A DNA stretch of 64,000 nucleotides from an uncultured Desulfospira sp. (GTDB taxonomy: Bacteria > Desulfobacterota > Desulfobacteria > Desulfobacterales > Desulfobacteraceae). The stretch's first letter is position 1. Each line of letters opens with the position of its first letter. Below, piece by piece: positions 57,579 through 64,000 of the stretch. Location: the NCBI GenBank assembly GCA_963663165.1, contig OY760175.1, forward strand, positions 5,440,001 through 5,504,000, read 5' to 3'. The translations under genes were made by a program, and so were the position numbers. Under the pieces are notes generated by a model, which ran no database searches, was not told where the DNA came from, and saw nothing but the letters and a program-made list of their open reading frames with translations.

Positions 57579-57743
57579 ATTGCCGGAATACCATCCCCCG
57601 GAGCCGTTTTAAATGTCAAACAGCTTTGGACTGTTTTTATGAAAGTCTCACCGACATCCTGAGAAGACTTTCATTTTTTGTTGTGGGCGGTTCTTGGTTG
57701 GATAACCAAGGCGGCCCGGTTTTTGCCCTTTAGGGTATGGCCG

Positions 57744-59189
57744 TTATCCGGAAACTGTTCCCCTTAAAAAAGGCGGTAACAGATCAAACACATCTTTGGG
57801 GGCTTTTATGCTTCGTCTGCTGTCAATCAGGAGGGAATCTTCGACATCCGGGGAGTTGATATCAATGGGCTCTGCTTTTTCCCTTAATGTCTGCTCATGG
57901 GAGTCTGTAAACGGAATGACAATCGGCCCTTTGCTTTCAAGGACATAGGCCATCTGGCCGTTTCTTAAATAAACAATACTGCCGGGGGGATAAATGCCGA
58001 TGCTTTTCACAAAAGAGTGGAGAAGGAACTGCAACACGGGATCTTTTTTCGCATATGTTCTGAAAATCGTCGTTACCACGCTGATGGGATTGACCGCTTC
58101 GCCGTAACATCGTTTAGATGTCATGGCATCATAGATATCGGCCAGTTTGCATATCTTGGTATACAGCGGGACTGTACTGTAAGGTCTTCCCGATGGGTAG
58201 CACCGCTCTTCGCCGTCAATCAGGGGGGCATGATGATACTTGACGATATTCTGGATATAGGCATTTTTAATCCGGTTTTTTTCCAGAAGCTGAACCCCGT
58301 ATTCATAGGAGTGGCGCCTGACCTCTTCATACTCTTCTTTGGTGAGCTTCCCCTCTTTATTGAGGATCTCGTCGGCCACCAGCACTTTACCGATATCATG
58401 GAGAAAAAAACCCAGGGCAATGTCTTGAAGATCTTCTTTGTAATAGCAGAAAAAGGACGATTTGGCGCTTAATTTTTCTTTTCCAAAGGGATCATGCACA
58501 TCCTGGGAGTTTCCTTTGATCAAATGGTCCACATAGTTTGAAAAATGGGTATTGAACCGGTTGAGCATGGTGGTGCCGGTGGTCAGTACATTGATGGAGT
58601 GATTGTACAGATAATCGTTAAAGGAAAATATTTCCTGGGCCAGGTAAGAAAACGGGTTTTCGTCGGTCTGTAGAAATTTAACCATGTCGCCCACATGGGA
58701 TTCCACCACATTATAATCAAACTCCCCGCCGGTTTCCTTTATGTCGCCGACAATTTTTTTAACGCATCCTTTAACGTTTTTGTATTTTTCCCGGGCCTGG
58801 GCCTTTATTTCTTCGATTTCAACCAGGCGGGTTTCAATTTCCCCTGTGACGGTATCGGGAAAGGGGCGTTCCGGCATTTTTTCAGGTTCCGTAGCCGGGG
58901 AATCGGCCCGGTCCTGTTCCGCCCCGCCATCGCCGCCGGATTCATCGGCCCCGGAATCGTCACCATCGCTGATGGGGTTATTGTTTTCATCCCACAACCC
59001 CCCTTCCACCACCACGGAATCAATCCCGTTTTCCTTGATGATTTCCAGAATTCTAACTTTTTCTACCAGGACATCCTTGTCTAGAAGAAGGATTCCTTTG
59101 GAGTTGAAGACATCGACCCCTGTTTTTACCTTTCCACCACCGTTTACGATCTTTATCAACTGCTCAATTGAAAATCTCGTCTCCGCCAT
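57744..59189 (-). CDS. HD-GYP domain protein
   Basis: LHDIGK, YHH and ADIYDAMTSKRCY. Confidence 0.85.
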   Translation of the reverse strand: MAETRFSIEQLIKIVNGGGKVKTGVDVFNSKGILLLDKDVLVEKVRILEIIKENGIDSVVVEGGLWDENNNPISDGDDSGADESGGDGGAEQDRADSPATEPEKMPERPFPDTVTGEIETRLVEIEEIKAQAREKYKNVKGCVKKIVGDIKETGGEFDYNVVESHVGDMVKFLQTDENPFSYLAQEIFSFNDYLYNHSINVLTTGTTMLNRFNTHFSNYVDHLIKGNSQDVHDPFGKEKLSAKSSFFCYYKEDLQDIALGFFLHDIGKVLVADEILNKEGKLTKEEYEEVRRHSYEYGVQLLEKNRIKNAYIQNIVKYHHAPLIDGEERCYPSGRPYSTVPLYTKICKLADIYDAMTSKRCYGEAVNPISVVTTIFRTYAKKDPVLQFLLHSFVKSIGIYPPGSIVYLRNGQMAYVLESKGPIVIPFTDSHEQTLREKAEPIDINSPDVEDSLLIDSRRSIKAPKDVFDLLPPFLRGTVSG

Positions 59190-59449
59190 AAATTTCGATC
59201 CCTTTTGACAGGTCTTTTTTTCGGATTAGTAACGTATTTTGTATTTGTTAGAATTTTGATAAGTTATACTAGAAAAAGTGAGTAGTTTTCAACGAAAAAA
59301 TTTTTCTTATGAAAACCGGGGTTGGATTTTAATCCTGCCTCTGGTTATGATAAGCAAGAAATTGTCTTTAAAAGGTGTGAAACTTGGGAAAAAGATTACA
59401 CAAAAACAGTGAAAGTCAATCCATTTAAAAATGTTTTGGATAAAAAAAA

Positions 59450-60475
59450 ATGACGATTCTTACAAAAAAAAGCAGGCCGGCCCGGCCCAGGGTGGTCATC
59501 CTTGCCACCGGGGGAACCATTGCCGGGGCCGCCGGATCTTCAACCCAGGCCGGGTACCGTTCCGGCCGCCTGGACATTGACCGCCTGATCCGGGCAGTTC
59601 CTGAACTCAAACAGGTTGCCCGGATCAGCGGGGAGCAGATCTCCAATGTGGGCTCTCAGGACATGTCCTTTGAAATCATGACAAGGCTTGCCCGGAAAAT
59701 CAATTCGCTGTCAGCCGACAAGGATGTCCACGGGATCGTGGTGACCCATGGGACCGACACCATGGAGGAAACCGCCTATTTTCTTAACTTGACGGTAAAA
59801 AGCCCCAAAACCGTGGTCATGACCGGTGCCATGCGGCCGGCCACGGCCATCAGCGCCGACGGCCCCTTAAATATTTACAACGCCGTTGCCGTGGCCGCTG
59901 ACCCCAAAGCCAGGGACAGGGGAGTTTTGGTGGTCATGAACGACCGGATCCACGGGGCCCATTCCCTGACCAAAAGCAATACCACATCTGTGGAAACCTT
60001 TGTTTCCCCCATCAACGGATTGATCGGCACGGTGATTTACGGCAAGACCACCTATTTCAGGACCCCATCCCGCACCCACACGGTTTCCAGCCGGTTTTCG
60101 CCCCCTGCTATCCTTCCCCTTCCCCGGGTGGACATTGTCTATGCCTGTGCCGACATGCCCCCGGATCTCATTGAATGCTCTGTGGCCAGCGGCGCCCGGG
60201 GGATTGTCATTGCCGGTGATGGAAACGGGAACATGAATGCGGCCGGCATAAAAGCGGCTGCGGCACTGGCAAAAAAGGGCATATGGATTGTCCGAAGTTC
60301 CAGGGTTGCCACGGGAACAGTGGGCCGGAATATGGAGGTGGATGATGATCTCAACGGTTTTATCGCATCCGATGACCTTAACCCGGCCAAGTCCAGAATT
60401 CTTCTCATGCTGATTCTGGCCCTTATCCCGGACCCGGCCCCTGAACAGGTCCAGGCTTGTTTTTATGAGTATTGA
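59450..60475 (+). CDS. L-asparaginase/glutaminase
   Basis: ATGGTIAG, HGTDTMEETAY and SADGPLN. Confidence 0.95.
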   Translation: MTILTKKSRPARPRVVILATGGTIAGAAGSSTQAGYRSGRLDIDRLIRAVPELKQVARISGEQISNVGSQDMSFEIMTRLARKINSLSADKDVHGIVVTHGTDTMEETAYFLNLTVKSPKTVVMTGAMRPATAISADGPLNIYNAVAVAADPKARDRGVLVVMNDRIHGAHSLTKSNTTSVETFVSPINGLIGTVIYGKTTYFRTPSRTHTVSSRFSPPAILPLPRVDIVYACADMPPDLIECSVASGARGIVIAGDGNGNMNAAGIKAAAALAKKGIWIVRSSRVATGTVGRNMEVDDDLNGFIASDDLNPAKSRILLMLILALIPDPAPEQVQACFYEY

Positions 60476-60496
60476 GTTTTTTTAAGGAAAGCGGAA

Positions 60497-61297
60497 ATGA
60501 AAATTATTGGCTATCTTCTGCTGGCAACCCTGTTGTTTCTATGTGGCCTGGCCGTATTTTCAAGGCGGCTGCTCTATTTCCCCGCTGCCATGGAAAGGGG
60601 GCGCCTGGAATATATCCAACATCATTTTAACACCGTGGAAGAGGTCACCGTCCCGGCGCAGCAGGGTGTTGTGCTTCACGGCTGGATCATAAAAAAAGAC
60701 ATGGGAAATCTTCCGGTTGTCTTTTATTTCGGGGGAAATGCCGAGGAGGTTTCCCTGAACCTGGAAGCCTATCGCATCAACCTTGATGCCAATGTCATCC
60801 TGATCAATTACCGGGGATATGGAAAAAGCCAGGGCCGCCCGGAAGAAAAGGCCCTTAAAGCCGATGCCCTGGCGGTTTATGAGACCATGGTTTCCAGATA
60901 TAACCTTGACGTTTCAAGGACGGTTGCCTGGGGACGGAGCATTGGGTCCTCCATGGCCTGTTACCTGGCCTCCCAAAAAAAACTTAAAGGGCTTATCCTG
61001 ACCTGTCCTTTTGACAGTATTGAGCAGGTTGCCGCCGCCTATTACCCGGCCTGGCTGGTCCGGCTTGTCTTAAGAGACCGGCACCAGACAACGGATTTTT
61101 CTTCCACCATTACCGCCCCGACCCTGATTCTGGCCGCAGGGCAGGATGAAGTTATCCCAAGGCAAATAACCCTGGGGCTTTATGACAGCCTGACCTGCAC
61201 CAAAGAACTGGTGACCATCGAAACTGCAGGGCACAATACGATTTGCGGGTTTAATGAATACTTCCCCGCGGTAAACCGGTTTTTATCCGGCCTTTAG
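60497..61297 (+). CDS. Alpha/beta hydrolase
   Basis: YFGGNAE, YRGYG, GRSIG, DEVIP and AGHN. Confidence 0.88.
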   Translation: MKIIGYLLLATLLFLCGLAVFSRRLLYFPAAMERGRLEYIQHHFNTVEEVTVPAQQGVVLHGWIIKKDMGNLPVVFYFGGNAEEVSLNLEAYRINLDANVILINYRGYGKSQGRPEEKALKADALAVYETMVSRYNLDVSRTVAWGRSIGSSMACYLASQKKLKGLILTCPFDSIEQVAAAYYPAWLVRLVLRDRHQTTDFSSTITAPTLILAAGQDEVIPRQITLGLYDSLTCTKELVTIETAGHNTICGFNEYFPAVNRFLSGL

Positions 61298-61812
61298 TTT
61301 GGGGGGGGGCTGTCAGGGTAACCACTTGTGACATGATCCGACATCTATCGCTCCATTTTGGGTCAATGCAAAGTTGGAGCGGGCATGGCCCGCTCCAACC
61401 CTACCGCTCAAACCAGGGAACTTGACGGTTTTGGTCTCCCGTCTCCTTTTCTCCGGTTTCCTTTTTTTATTAAATTTACCAGCAAGGAACACATCTTTTG
61501 GTTGCGGCTTTGCCGCGCTGTGTTTCTCTGTGCCCCTCTGTGGTTAAATTTAAAGCGTGGGCGAAGCCCACAATTTATAAAACCAGGAGGTTAAAGAAGA
61601 ATAATTCAACCCCTTCGGGATTTCATGTTTTTAAACCACAGAGGACACCGAGGTTTGGCTTTCGCCAAACACCACAGAGAGGCGGGATTTTGAATGTATA
61701 TTTTTTGCATGGGTCAACCCTGGGGTAGATTTGTAAAAATGTCTTGACAACTTTACAGATTCTGTTTACCATCGGCCTGACACTATTTAAGGACCAAGCC
61801 AAAGGACCGCAT

Positions 61813-62547
61813 ATGCTTAACCCAAAATCCCCTCTTCCCCTTTACCAGCAACTGGCCGATATCCTGGCAGAACGGATTCGGTCCGGGGAGTATGAGCCGG
61901 GCCGGGTGATTCCCTCTGAAACCGGATTGGCCCGGCAGTACGGGATTGGGCGGCCCACGGTCCGCCAGGCCATGGATACCCTGGTCCGCAAGGGGCTGGT
62001 CCATCGAAGAAGAGGTGCCGGGACCTTTGTAAAACGGCCGGAACCCCGGGTGGATCTGTTTTCCCTGGCCGGAACCTCCCGGGCGTTTTCAACCCGGGGG
62101 ATTCAGACCACCAGGAAATTGATGGGTCTGTTGTCCTTGAAGCCGGTTGAAAATCAGCCGGACAATCCGTTCGACCGGAAAAAGGCATTTTTCCTCTCCC
62201 GGCTGACCCTGGCCCAGGGCAGGCCTGTCCTGGCAGAAGATATTTACCTGGACCCGGAACTGTTTCTGGGCCTGGACAAGATCGATCTGGAGAATAAATC
62301 CCTGTCCCAGGTGGTATCGGATCACTATTACCTCAAGCCGGAAAACGGGGTCCAGACCTTTACCGTGGAAACCCCGCCGGCATCAACGGCCCGTATCCTG
62401 GAACTCGGGCCGACAGATCCGGTTCTGGTGGTCAAGCGGGAAATCAATTTTCCGGATGCCCCTGGCGCGGTTTACGCCATCCTGTATTGCCGGACCGATA
62501 CGTTTGCCTTTTCTCAGACCATATCAATTGAGAAGGATGAAGGATGA
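61813..62547 (+). CDS. GntR/HutC-family regulator with UTRA domain
   Basis: PLYQQLA...IPSE...TVRQA...GAGTFV. Confidence 0.92.
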   Translation: MLNPKSPLPLYQQLADILAERIRSGEYEPGRVIPSETGLARQYGIGRPTVRQAMDTLVRKGLVHRRRGAGTFVKRPEPRVDLFSLAGTSRAFSTRGIQTTRKLMGLLSLKPVENQPDNPFDRKKAFFLSRLTLAQGRPVLAEDIYLDPELFLGLDKIDLENKSLSQVVSDHYYLKPENGVQTFTVETPPASTARILELGPTDPVLVVKREINFPDAPGAVYAILYCRTDTFAFSQTISIEKDEG

Positions 62548-62612
62548 AGGATGAAAATTCAACATTCCCGGGTGAACCGCCAATGGCTAACAGCTAAAAG
62601 CTTTTTTACGAG

Positions 62613-63843
<1,231 letters not shown>

Positions 63844-63851
<8 letters not shown>

Positions 63852-64000
63852 ATCCTATATTAGAGAAAAACTTGGAACCAAAGACATCCTGCTCATGACC
63901 CACATTGTCATGGGGTATCCGTCCTTTGACGATTCTTTTGCCATTGTAAAGGAAATGGTTGAGGCCGGGGTGGACTTAATGGAACTTCAGATTCCTTTTT
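63844..64000 (+). CDS. trpA: Tryptophan synthase alpha chain (partial)
   Basis: MLESYIREK...LMTHIVMGYPS...GVDLMELQIPF; overlaps the trpB stop. Confidence 0.85.

Overview
64-kb bacterial window; the gene content suggests a sulfate-reducing deltaproteobacterium (inference). Bases 1-43.4 kb form a co-oriented minus-strand defence island. In transcription order it holds: cas6; a Card1/Can2-like CARF nuclease; a partly fused type III-D effector module (B); csx20; cas2; vapBC; a truncated cas2; CRISPR array 2 (14 repeats); cas2 and an RT-Cas1 fusion; a cassette of small accessory genes (cyclic-phosphate receiver-like, signal-peptide RES/ART-like, HerA/VirB4-like ATPase); a 2.7-kb two-ORF IS with an 8-bp target duplication; a second, unfused type III-D module (A); CRISPR array 1 (11 related repeats); and an 8-gene operon (coiled-coil, radical SAM, double AAA+, coiled-coil, PP2C, vWA, FHA, Ser/Thr kinase) that runs off the left edge. 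A bipartite motif, TTT(T)RAA-N14-15-TCCGTA on the minus strand, sits upstream of six transcription units in the island and suggests an alternative-sigma regulon linking cas and accessory genes. Bases 43.6-64 kb are ordinary chromosome: GNAT, MetF-like, livKHMGF, glgP, SPFH, MFS, two HD-GYP proteins, asparaginase, hydrolase, GntR, trpB and trpA. All calls come from motif reading and hand alignment; no database searches were run.
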